The notes beneath the pieces were generated by a model. The model had not been told where the DNA came from and did no database searches. It was given only the letters and a program-made list of their open reading frames with translations. From NCBI GenBank assembly GCA_964247055.1, contig OZ176051.1, positions 9,176,001-9,240,000 of the forward strand: a DNA stretch of 64,000 bases. The letters run 5' to 3'. The translations under genes were made by a program, and so were the position numbers. The DNA comes from Paragordius varius. Lineage: Eukaryota > Animalia > Nematomorpha. Shown piece after piece: positions 1 through 12,254 of the stretch (its first letter is position 1; each line of letters opens with the position of its first letter).

Positions 1-238
1 ATCAATGTTAGATATAATTTAAATAAAATATTAGCTTTTTTTACCCTTAAATAAATGAAGACGATATTTTGCAAAAAATTTGTAAAATAAAAATGGCGTC
101 GAAGTAGTTTGACATGAATTTTTTTTTTCAAAACAAAATTTTATTAAAATATTTTGGCATATTTAATTTTTATTAGGGTAGAATAAAAATATTAATCTAA
201 ATAGTCTGGGGTATTTAGATACCCCAAATATCGAAGTG
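1..238. mobile_element. piggyBac-like MITE, one end (truncated by window start)
   Basis: Ends GGGGTATTTAGATACCCCAAATATCGAAGTG|TTAA; internal sequence is shared with the 5710-6395 and 55731-56287 copies. Confidence 0.7.
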
Positions 239-2024
239 TTAAATATTAATAATTTTAATATGGAATTTATTTAAACTATGCAAAAGTTTACATTTATTTA
301 ACACTTCATTTCCTTTTTTGTTCTAGTTTACATATTCGGGTAGCTCTGCGTTAATTTTGTAAAAATACTACAGTTTTAAAAGTTATAGCAAAATTTAATT
401 AACAAACATAGATCTCATTAAGATAAAAAAGCTCATAATTATTGAGTTTTGTGACTTATAGACTCTAAAATTAGAAGGGCTCCAAAACATTAACACAAAC
501 CTTTGATATAAAATTCACTACATCAAGTTTTTGCAAATGTTTACCATAAACTTCTAAAGGTAATTATTTACAATGTTTGCATAATATACATTGATTTGCC
601 TGTTGAATTAGCGCCTAAAAAATATATAAAAATAGCGGTAAAAAGAAGGAGATCAGGATTTTATACAATTTTACATTTTAATTTTAAAAATTTGTATAAT
701 GCCATTAAAAAGTTAAAGAATTTTCTTATATTCGACTTAACATTTTAAATACTTTTCAGTATCCAAGGTAATTGAGTGTTAAAAGATGTGCCGAATCTAC
801 GAAATGATTTATATAGATATAATTAGCTAAATAGGACTTGGGTGTAGTAGCCATATCTAAATATAAATAAAAGAGGCGTGAGCTTTGAGCAGGGCTCGTG
901 AAAAACGGATAATCCCATTCGGGTTTTAAATTACAAATTATTTAATCATTTATTAATACGTTGATGAATAAACGCTTTTTATATGGCCCTTAGTTTTACC
1001 CCGTGTAAAATTGAGTTTTTTTGAATAATTGGAAGCCCCTATTTTAAATTTAAACGAAATTTCCGGAACGTGTACTTTCTGGTTCAATAGTGTGTGTCAT
1101 TATGTTAAATGCGCCGAGAGTGACTGATCCCTTTTTTTAAATTAATCCCTCAATTTATACACACACACTTATTAAAATTATTTTGGAGGATCTGTTAGCT
1201 TTGGCACAATCCGAAAAACGTGTAGGCAGAAGTTTCCAAAAGCGTGTTTAAATTGTTTCAAAGTAGCCAAAGACCTTTTTTAAATTATTTCAACAATTTA
1301 GCCACACACTTACGAAAAATGGGGTTTTTGGAGGAATTGTTGGCTTTGGCACACAATACCGAAAAACATGTGGGCACAGTCAGTTTCCATAATTTTTTAA
1401 ATTTTTTCACAATTGCTCTGAGGTTGACCAAATTTTTTAGAATAGCCCATCAGTTTGGCCTCACTTAGTGTGAAAATAGAAGTTTTAAAATAATAATGAA
1501 GTTGTTGAGTGAATTTTTTGCAAGCAAGTACGAAAAAAGATTATTTATGTTTAAATATTTAAATAGCCCTATCTCGTTTATTTAGTTAGAATTTAAAACT
1601 TAAGAGACTCTTAAAAATAAATATATTTTATTTTTTAATTATAATTAATGTTATGTATTATGCTTTCAAAGTTCTAAAAATTCCAAATCCACCTAGGTAT
1701 TCTATTAAGTTTAATTTAATACTTAACAAGACATTCATACTTTCTATTCAAATTGGAGTATTTATATACCCCAGGCCTATATAAAATTAAATATTTCAAA
1801 AAATATGAAATGAATCAAAACCATGGCAAAAGTTTGCACTTACAATTAAAAAGCCGAAATATACAAAAATTCAATAGGTCGTCAAATAAATTTTTTTCGG
1901 CAAAGAAATTCGCTGGTAATAAGCTATCTCATGAAAAAAAATTTGCATTCAGTGTAATTTCTGCAAGTATCCCTTTTTAGCGTTTAAATATAGCCATATT
2001 TTTAACACTACCTAGATTCGTAAT

Positions 2025-2200
2025 TAGGTTTCTGCCAGCAGATGTAATGGCAAGAGAGGCAAAGGACGAAGACGTATTCGTTGGTAAACGAAATCTTATC
2101 ATTCTCTAAAATGTCACTGCAAAAACTATCTCAAAAAGCCCACGACAGAACCGAGTGGAGGCCTATAAAATCGCTAATGGTCGTTAACCGACTACAAGCA
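2025..2200 (+). mobile_element. RTE-clade LINE 3' fragment (end of RT ORF)
   Basis: Translates with a frameshift as ...GKRGKGRRRIRW...QKAHDRTEWRP, resembling the RTE C-terminal GKRxRGRPRxRW...AxDRxxWR motif. Confidence 0.55.
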
Positions 2201-2296
2201 CAAAAACAAGTTATTTCATTTTGAATACTTTATAAATGGCACAAATCAGCCATTTGCCTTTGTTTACGTTATTGGGCACATATTTAATCAGTTGAA

Positions 2297-2839
2297 CATT
2301 TCGATTCAAATTAGGGTATCTAAATACCGCAGACAATATTTAAGATGATATTCTTAAAAAAACTACTGAAAGAAACGGTTGATTTATATTATTATGCTGC
2401 TATCCTAATAAACTTTATTTAAATAAGCTAAAATATCTAAATAAAATTAGTTTTGGAAAAAAACTCGTATCAAACTCCTGGTACGCCTTTTTATTTTATA
2501 TCATTTTTACATCGTGTTTATTTGCTTCTCAGCCTAAAATTAAGTTTACTCTTTTATTAATATCACAATTAACATTGGTATAAACAGAAAAAGTGGTATA
2601 TATTTTGCATTTTTTATATTTAGCTTATGCACACATGATATGTATGGTGTTTAATTTTTGCATTATTTTACCTCCTAAGTAATATCAAATATTTTTGAAT
2701 GAGTATTTTTCATACTTCGGTTCAATAATAATATATGAGTGCAAACTTTTCAAGATTTCAATAATTCCATTTTTGAGAAAAATTTTGAACAACCCGAAGT
2801 ATGTAACCACCCCAATTCGAATCGAAGTACTGAAATGTG
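2297..2839. mobile_element. piggyBac-like MITE
   Basis: Inverted ends TTCGATTCAAATTAGGGTA / CACCCCAATTCGAATCGAA; same family as 31889-33635. Confidence 0.65.
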
Positions 2840-3864
2840 TTGTATACTAGTTACGTTTATATGAGAATGTTACTAATAAAGAAGAATAAGAAACTGACTA
2901 AAGATAATTTTCTATGAGTCAGCTGTCTTGACTTTATAAACTAATGCAATATGAACTGTGTTCTTCAACCGTATTCAATTAAAGGTTAATCTCTTAAAAT
3001 ATTTTGCCTATCATACATGAAAATTTGGACTTCATTCGCCACATGGCAGATGAATATTATATAGCTTTATTTATAATATATATCTTACGAATAAAATTTT
3101 ATACGCTTGAAATTGGTGATTATACTCAAATTAGTATCTGAGCATGGATAATCCTTATTCCACTGAATATATACCACAGCTTGATGTACCAAACATCTTT
3201 ATAACAGTATCTTTATGGTCAATTTTCTATACAGTGGCATATGGGCAAAAACATTATTGAATTTAACATTTTTCAATATCCTATAACATATTTGCTATTA
3301 TGGACCAATTTTGTTTTATATCAAATGCTACTGTATTACCTATTGGCCAGCATAAATATGGCTGTAATAACCAATCTAAGAATAACATTTCTATTTTAAC
3401 AGACGGGCTGTGATAGCTATTTTTTGGCGATAGTCAGCGGACTACACATTTAATAATTATTTAGCGTCGTTATGTACCACATATCTAGAGCATTCTACGT
3501 ATCATGAATATAGCGCAGACGTCAGGCAGGGTTATTTTTATGTATCTATAATATAATACTCACTATTAATGCATTTAGGTTTTATAATGGAGATCTTCAT
3601 TTGTAGATACTGTCATAACATACGTCCTTAATATCTAGCATACATAGAGTTTAGACATTTAGCATTGATTATCCTTTATTTAACGCATTTCATTGATAAT
3701 TCATATATAATGTATTTATTTATTTGTAGATTTATATTATTAACGTTGAGCCATTCCAAGTATAGATACTATCGTAACATAAAGCGCTTTAGACACATTA
3801 TTGAATATTTGTTAGAAGAACAAAAGTAACCGCACCAAAATTTAATATTAGAGTAAATCTTCAT

Positions 3865-5223
3865 TAGGGTTGTGATTTTGACCCCCTTTTTTCGAAAAAG
3901 GGGATCTGACCTAGGTCATACCATATGTTATTGCCAATAATAAATAACTACATACATAAATACTTGATTAAATCACATAAAAAAGGTTTTTACATAAAGT
4001 GTATATTTTTTTAGAATTATACTTTCACCAATCCTGATAATTTAAATTTCTACAATTAACGATCTTTCCTGGAATCATACATAAAGACTTATAGAAAGTT
4101 TCAAATCACAGAAAGCTAAGACTAATGAAAAAATATGCATTTATTTAAGCCTATTTATGCTCTAAATATTTAAAATGTATAACAACGAGTCAATGTCCAT
4201 AAACTTAACGCTAACTTAGGATGGTTCAAAGTTTTTTTTATACTTGAAATTTTTTATACGATTTATTAGAATATATAATCGTGCTCACTACATTTAAAAT
4301 TTCAGTAATCTTATTAAGATTAATATATTCTTAGATCAAATTATATATTATATGACATTGGCATACATGTCATATTATATTAGGATATTCTTTATTAATT
4401 AAATTTTCAGCAGCCTTCATGTTCGCTGCATTATCGGTCACAATGGCATTAATTATTAAAATTTCCAATATCTTTTATAATTGGTTCCATTATGTTATAG
4501 ATATATTCGGCAGTCTTACTATGATAAGATGCGTCAATAGTTAATAAAAATGATTTTTGGGATCCTTGGCCAATAATATTAATTATTTGCTTCCTACGAA
4601 TATTGGTAAAGGGATCGACGATTAATAAAATATTATTTTTACATATTCCAATAACTATTTTTATATCTTCATAACATGAATCTAATAATTTATTGGAAAT
4701 CTGTTTTCTATTTGGAATAGCATAATTAGGTTTAAACTATGAATGAAACTCCGAAAATGTTTATTTTCAACTATGTTTAGAGTTGAGGATGTATAAATAA
4801 ATTTTGCGGCTAATTTCTCTTGAAAACAGAAATTTTTAAGACTAAACTTAAGAAATTAAATAAATAGCTTGCTTTTCGACCATCACCTTCTCATAAAATT
4901 TTCATGAACTTCATTTAAATGTTTCTTCATTCGGTTTTTATTTAATATATATAGTGTAATTACATTTCTTGCATGTAACTTGATTTTTTTTGATCGAAAA
5001 ATTTCCACAAGGCTGATTTCATTATGATTTAGTAAGTAAAGAAAAGATGTGTATCATATGATATTTAAAAAAAATTAATACATATATAAATAATATAAGG
5101 TTTTGTTTTCCTAAAAATTGTAAAATTAAAAAAATTAAAAAAAAAATAAAAAAATTGACCTAGGTCATTTTTTTTCGTGGTCTGGTCATGACCCTAGGTC
5201 ATTGACTAATGGGCACAACCCTA
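3865..5223 (-). mobile_element. Non-autonomous hAT element (internal DUF659-type transposase remnant)
   Basis: TIR TAGGGTTGTG...CACAACCCTA; exact 8-bp TSD ATCTTCAT at 3857-3864 and 5224-5231. The minus strand at ~4380-4620 reads ...FLLTIDASYHSKTAEYIYNIMEPIIKDIG / AIVTDNAANMKAA. Confidence 0.92.
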
Positions 5224-5709
5224 ATCTTCATTCAAGTCCTCCATGAGGCACACACAATGTCGAACAGCTTTTTTGTACGAATCAAATGGATTGCTTGATA
5301 GCATCGCCTTTTCTAACAAATTATAAAACTGTGATTTGAATTTAGAGAAAAGGTAGCTAATAAATTTTACCTTGGCGTTACACATTCTTAAGCTCCAATT
5401 TTAAATCTTAACGAATAGCAGTGGCAAGAAATTATTATTGCAAATATGTTATTCTTGATCATACTTCTATGATAGTATCCTGAAGGCAAAATCATTGATT
5501 AAGGCATTTTCATGCATTAAAAGAACAATGAGGGTACACAACCTCGGCATGACGTAACTTCGGACACAAAATCATGATTTGATATATTTGATGCATTTAT
5601 TAATATATTTGCAAATTTTCTGAAAATTATTTTTATGTTTTTTAACTCTAATTTTTTTCCATTTTTAGAGTTAAATAAATTTTTTTAATTTTTATATGAA
5701 TTAACATTT

Positions 5710-6395
5710 GGATGCAACCTATTCATTTTAGTACTTCGATATAAATTGGGGTTGTGGTATACCCCGTGTAAATTAATTACTTAAAAAAATATGGAAGGAA
5801 TTGAAACCATAACAAAAGTTTGCACTTATACATTAATTCCAAAATATTACAAAAATACTTTGATATTACCTATTTTAAAGTAAAACCCAAAGGAAAAAAT
5901 TTAGTCATGCTATGTGTGCAGTGCTACTTTCACCAAAAATTTTATTTAAAAAAATATGCTTATATTTTGTCATTTTTGATATTGAGCACTCTCCACAAAA
6001 GTGTAAATAACTTTTATTAATCACTCGTAAGGGCCAAATCAAAGCACCATTCCTGATAATTTTAATAACATAATATATAATTTATCATGTTATTGTTTTG
6101 TGGACGCTGCGAAAAACCAAAAGAATTAGTAAATTTATAAATAATACAAAATTAAGGACTTTTTTTTGTTTCTAATGTTATTTAATGAATAAATAAAAGA
6201 TTAACTTTAATATTAAAAAAAAATACACGATATTTTGAAAAATGTTGTAAAAAATGGCATCGAAGTAGTTTGATATGGAATTTTTTCAAAACTAAATTTT
6301 ATTTGGATATTTTGGCCGATAAACTAAACGTTTTATTCAGTAGCTTTTTAAAAATATTAACTTCAATATAATATGGGACCCCGATTTGAATCGAT
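5710..6395. mobile_element. Degenerate piggyBac-like MITE
   Basis: TAGTACTTCGATATAAATTGGGG...CCCCGATTTGAATCGA ends; internal blocks shared with 1-238 and 55731-56287. Confidence 0.55.
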
Positions 6396-6869
6396 CTGTT
6401 TAATAAAGGCATTTTTTTGGTTATATATTCAATTTTATCCTAAAATATCCAAATTTTTCGGTATATATAAAATAATTCGTGACCAATCGTTATTTATAAA
6501 AGTATTGTTAATATATGGTTTTATATTTTTCAATTTCCATTTCCTCTATTTATTGCATTATAGAATAACTATCAATGAGACTACGCCACAGCGAAGCGTG
6601 ACATCGCCAGCTAGTATTAAAATTATGCATAAACCACATTTTCTGTCAATATTGTGGGAAAATATTAACTTAATTTTATCCTTAAAATCAAATTGACACA
6701 ATAAAGTTTCAAATATAATAACGGTTGATGTAGTTTAATATTTTCCAAAAAAAATATTTTATATTTTAGCTTTGTTAATATCAATTTAAGGATAGAAGCA
6801 TAACTTTAAATTATAATCATCACTAGTAATTTTTAATAATATCAGTGTTAATATGGTCATATAGTATCA

Positions 6870-7950
6870 TAGGTTTTCTGAAATTTGACTCCAAGGCATG
6901 CTGTATCGATATGGTGACGCAATTTTACGCGGGCCGATTAAAATTTTTGCCTTAATCCGGTTAATTCCTCGAATCATGAATGAAGAAAAATTGCCTCAAA
7001 ACCAAAAAATCATTCTAAGGCGCATTTTTCAGGGCAAGAGCCTAATTAAGGTTTGCCTTTTTACGCTGAATATTTTAAGCCCTTATTGAACTTATATGGC
7101 CTGATAAGTTTTCTGAAAATTAACTCCTAAACGCAATTTTGATAAGGTGGCGCAGTTTTAGGCGGGTAGCTCCCTACCCGGCTATACAAAAAACCGCTTG
7201 ATTAAAATTTTTGCCTTTTTACGGAGTATATCTGGAATCATGATTGATTCCATATGTTCTTATTAGTATTTAAAAAAATTCCCTCAAAACCGAAAGTCAT
7301 TCTATGGTGGCGCATTTTTCAGGGCGTGAAGGGCCTAATTAACGGCTAATTTTAAAAAACCGCGACCCAAATTTTTGCCCCATTACAGCTAATATTTTAA
7401 GCACCTATTGAACTCATATGGGATAGGTTTTCTGAAATTTCGCCCCAAAGACACACTATGATATGACGAGCAGTTTTTAGCGGGTATCTGTTTACCAGCA
7501 GCGAAAATAAAAAAAGACACGACCAAGTTTTTTGCCATTTAACAGGGAATACCTGGCTCTATTGAATTTTTACGGGCTATACCTTGGGTGAAAAATAGAT
7601 TCAAAAAATTATTTTTGTGGACTTGGTTTTTTTGAAAAAAATGGCATTTTACGGGGAGAGCGGATAAAAAGAGAGTTTAAAATAAAGAAGCAAACCGATT
7701 ATATTCGGCGCAATCGAAAATAAGTTAAAAAAATTATATTTGAAATCAAATGGTCCAACACGTTTTCCGGAAAATTGTCTCAAAGACACGATTTCAACCC
7801 GTTTTTCACACGGGATGGGCCCGAACTGGGGGCCTAATTCAAAAAAGCGAAGCTATTGTCGGGGCATTCATTAATAATTATATTTTTTGACATTTGAATA
7901 TGAATGGGTCTACCGGTTTTCGGGAAACAGATGACAGCCTGCATTCCATT
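6870..7950 (+). repeat. Dispersed unclassified repeat with internal ~300-bp tandem units (copy 1)
   Basis: The unique terminal block 7560-7950 matches 30620-31020 directly and 12255-12680 in reverse complement. Confidence 0.8.
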
Positions 7951-7980
7951 TTTATAAGTATATAGTTTAAAAAGTAATTA

Positions 7981-8663
7981 TACCGTTTCCATCATCCCTC
8001 AAAATAAAATGAAGTAGGAAGCTTCAACAAAATTTTGGTAAAAATTAAATTTCCGAAAAAAGTAATTATTTTTTAAAAAAAAAATTTAGTTGAATTTAGC
8101 ATGCATTTAAATTTTTTCATCGCACAATCTTAGCATTTTTGCGTTTTTTTATGAACACTAGTTCATTTCAAAAGAGACAATATTTGCGAATTTCGGAGCC
8201 TATATCAAAATTAAATTTAAAAAAAATATATTTTCTTTTTATTTGTAGTTTATGATATATTTTAGTGATATTTCTAGAATGATGGATTTTGCTTTCACCA
8301 AAAAAATTTATTTAAAATAATGTGCGCAAATTTTACATTTTTTTGATATGGAGCACTTACCACAAAAGTGTAAATAATTTTTTAAATTACCCATAACAGC
8401 CAAAACGAAAAGGACCATAATAATCCTGATATCAGTATATAGAATTATATTTATAGATTTGGAATTCGAAAGCCCCAAATTTTTGGCCTCCAATAAGTTA
8501 GTTCTCTTAAAATACACGCGAAAATGCCAAAATTTTGCTACACAATTTTTAATATTTGCCAGATTAATATATTTTTGAAAAAAATGCATATTCTGTTTTA
8601 AAATTCGATTGTGGGAAAAATGTGGTTGCTTATCTAATACGATTTTGATTCATCGAAACGGTA
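7981..8663. mobile_element. TA-flanked MITE with TACCGTTTCCATC termini
   Basis: TA|TACCGTTTCCATCA at 7981 and CATCGAAACGGTA at ~8651-8663; internal blocks recur at 5930-6060 and 25140-25320. Confidence 0.55.
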
Positions 8664-8880
8664 TTAAAACACTTTGAGATTTTAAAACTTCTTTATAGTT
8701 CGATTTTAACAATACTATCACCTCAGAATTTAGAATAAATATTTCGTGTTCAAATTTACGTTTAAATAATGTTTTATTTGTGAAAACTCGCTAAAATTTA
8801 AAGTAACCTTAAATTAAGATTCTGAGTTGGTAAATTGTCGGCATCGTCAGAGTAAAGGGTTTAATCATAAAGCGCTTTTA

Positions 8881-10236
8881 TACCGTTTCCATCATGCTTC
8901 AAAATTATAGAACTCGCCTCACCAAAATTATATATTATATTTTTATGCAGTTCTTATCGGAATAAATATTTTTTGATGTCAAAATAGGATATATTTACAT
9001 ATCGCTTAATCTCGGCCTTTTCCCCTTCACTTTAAAGGGGCTAGCCAATTTTTAACAGGTTTAAAAAACTAAAGGATTTTGCAGCCCACTTTAAAATTTT
9101 ACAGAAACTGTTTTTTATATGTAGTCAATGATATAATCTACTGTTTTTTGGAACATTTAGCTTTCAGAAAATAAAATTTAACACTTTACATTGGGGTAGT
9201 GTCGTTCAATAAGGACCTAAAATATTTATAACTCTTAAAATACAAAAATTTTGGTATAGGGGGTTCTTTTAATGAGTCGCTTAGTAAAATTTTACGCCCA
9301 TGCGCCGCCATAGAACAATTTTTTAGTTTTGATGCAATATTTCCGTGAACTTATTGGAACATATAGAATCCATAATAATTCCAGATATTCCCCATATATA
9401 GGGCAAAATATTGTCCAACGCTTTTTTTATCCCTGCCCCTTGAACTACTCGCTAAAAACTGCGTCACTATATAGAAATCGCGTTGTTTTGGATCTATTTT
9501 ACAGTAAATTTATGGAGCCATATGATCTCATTAAAAGATTGAAATAAACCCGTAACTAGGTAAAAAGTAATGTCATCCGTTTTTTATTAGCCGTTAATTT
9601 GGGGCCTTATGCCCTAAAATACGCCATCATGATTATTTAGTGTTGAGGTATTTTTTCGAATAACCCATAAGACGATAATATGTTTTTAAGGCTATTTTTC
9701 CCAAAAATTTGTCATAATAAATTAATTAGGAGTGCAGATCGCGTATAAAGGCATTTTGTTTGCGTACTGTGTATAGATATATATTAAAAGAGCAAAACAA
9801 GATTATAAAATATCTATATTTAGATGTGGGATGGAAAGCCCCAAATTTTTGGCCCTTCTTAAATGCGCGAGTTCTCTTAAAATAATCGCGAAAATGCCAA
9901 GATTTCGGGCCATAATTTTTTATATTTATTAGATTATGGCATCTATTGAAAAAAAATTTGTTTAAAGCTTGAATCATCCCAAAAAAACTCACACTTCATA
10001 AACTATATATAAAATGCAAAAAATATATTTAAAAATTTTTCATTTTAGATGTAAGTTTGAAAGTCTAAAATTGTTGGACCCGTCTAAAATGGGCAAGTTT
10101 TCTTATAAACTTTAAAAAGGCATATTGTGCGATAAATATGCTAAATGACATCAAAAGAAGTTTTTTTCTGAAAAATTGGGTCCTAAATTTATTTATATAT
10201 GATGAAGCGAGCTTAACGTATGTCATGATGGCGGTA
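8881..10236. mobile_element. TA-flanked non-autonomous DNA element (TACCGTTT family) with a nested fragment of the 300-bp-unit repeat (~9255-9725)
   Basis: Left TA|TACCGTTTCCATCATGCTTC...AACTCGCCTCACC; right GATGAAGCGAGC...CATGATGGCGGTA|TA. 9260-9720 matches 13740-14190. Confidence 0.6.
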
Positions 10237-10706
10237 TAAAGCACTTTAAATTATAAAAAATAAATACAAATCAATAATGCTGAACTATTCTATGACCTGG
10301 TATTTTTGATTAAAAGATACATTTTTTAAGAAATATGAGTTATTATGAGTTGTCTTTATTCTTTTCCAAAATAATTCTTCTGTTTTTTGATGACTTTGGT
10401 CGAAAAACAGGGTCGCAATGGGCGATGGTCAATTACTTGGTCAGCACAACCATAGATTTAATGTGGTGTTAAGCACTCAAAGATGCGGTGGCCATACCTG
10501 GTGAGTCTCAATATAATTGCTTCATCTGATAAAATCTTACAGCGGAAGCACTGGATTGGATGATTAATGAGCACCTATCTTTCTGGAAGTGCGAAAGGTC
10601 CGGTACGGTGATATTATGGTGATAAAGCTTGATAATTGAATGTTGAGTGGTAGCTATTAAATTCCGAAAAAGACAATCCACAAATTTGCAAACAAAGTTT
10701 TGGCAC

Positions 10707-12027
10707 TAGGGTTGTGATTTTGACCTCTTTTTCAAAAAAGGGGGTCCGACCTAGGTCATACCATATGTTATTGCCAATAAATAATAAACTACATACATAA
10801 ATAATTGATTAAATCACATAAAAAAGGTTTTTACATAAAGTATATATTTTTTTTAAAATTACACTTTCACTAATCCTGATAATTTAAATTTCTACAATTA
10901 ACGATCTTTCCTGGAATCATACATAAAGACTTATAGAAAGTTTCAAATCACAGAATAAGACTAACGAGAAAATATGGATTCATTGAAAACTATTTATGCT
11001 CTAATTATTTAGATTGTGTAAAAACGAGTTGAACTTAACGTTAACTTAGGACGTTTCAAAGTTTTTTTATACTTTGAAATTTTTTATACGATTTATTGGA
11101 TTTAATATATAATCGTGCTCACTACATTTAAAATTTCAGTAATCTTATTAAATTTAATATATTCTTTGATCGAATTATTTATTATATGACATTGGCATAC
11201 ATGCCATATTATATTAGGATATTTTTTATTACTCAATTTTTTAGCAGCATTCATGTTCGCTGCATTATCGGTCACAATGGCATTAATTTTTTAAATTTCC
11301 AATATCTTTTATAATTGATTCCATTATATTATAGATATATTCGGCAGTCTTACTATGAAAACATGTGTCAATAGTTAATAAAAATGATATTTGGGATCCT
11401 TGGCCAATAATATTAATTATTTGCTCCCTACGAATATTGGTAAAGGGATCGACGATTAATGAAATATTATTTTTAAATATTCCAATAACTTCTATTTTTA
11501 TATCTTCATAACATGAATCTAGTAATTTATTGGAAATTTGTTTTCTATTTGGAATAGCATAATTAGGTTTAAATGAATGAAACTCCGAAAATGTTTATTT
11601 TCAACTATGTTTAGAGTTAAGGATGTATAAATAAATTTGCTAAATGTTTCTGGCTAATTTCTCCTGAAAAGAAATTTTTAAGACTAAACTTAATAAATTA
11701 AATAATTAGCTTGCTTTTCGACCATCACCTTCTGTCATATAATTTATTTCATGACCTTCTTTTAGATGTTTCTTCATTCGGTTTTTGTCTGAATATATAT
11801 AGTGTAATTGCATTTCTTGCATAACTTGATTTTTTTTTATCGAAAAATTTCCACAAGGCTGATTTAATTATGATTTAGAAAGTAAGATGTGTATCATATG
11901 ATATTTAAAACAAAATAAGACATACATAAATAATATAAGGTTTTGATTTCCTAAAAATTGTAAAAAGGTAAAAAAAAATAAAAAAAAATTGACCTAGTCA
12001 TTTTTTTCGTGGTCATGACCTAGGTCA
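10707..12027 (-). mobile_element. Second copy of the hAT element at 3865-5223 (right TIR missing)
   Basis: Colinear high-identity direct repeat starting TAGGGTTGTGATTTTGACC and ending GTCATGACCTAGGTCAT, without the terminal CACAACCCTA. Confidence 0.9.
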
Positions 12028-12254
12028 TATTAGAACCAAATTGAATTAAGGACACTCTTAATGTGCAAATGGTATATACGCTAATATAAGTTTGAAATAG
12101 CCCCCCATTTTCTACAATTTTTCAAAGTTAAAAGCACCTTTCCATCATAGTAGTTTATCGATATTGTCAATCCAACCCTTATAATGAGTCGAAAATAATA
12201 ATAAAATTTACTATTTTTTTAATATCTAAACACAATATCTATAAAAATGAAAAA

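Noticed and set aside
10330-10706. GC-richer block with a faint likeness to LTR-retrotransposon RNase H (VPDLSHF...IIQSSAS)
   Set aside because: Too few conserved residues to support a call.
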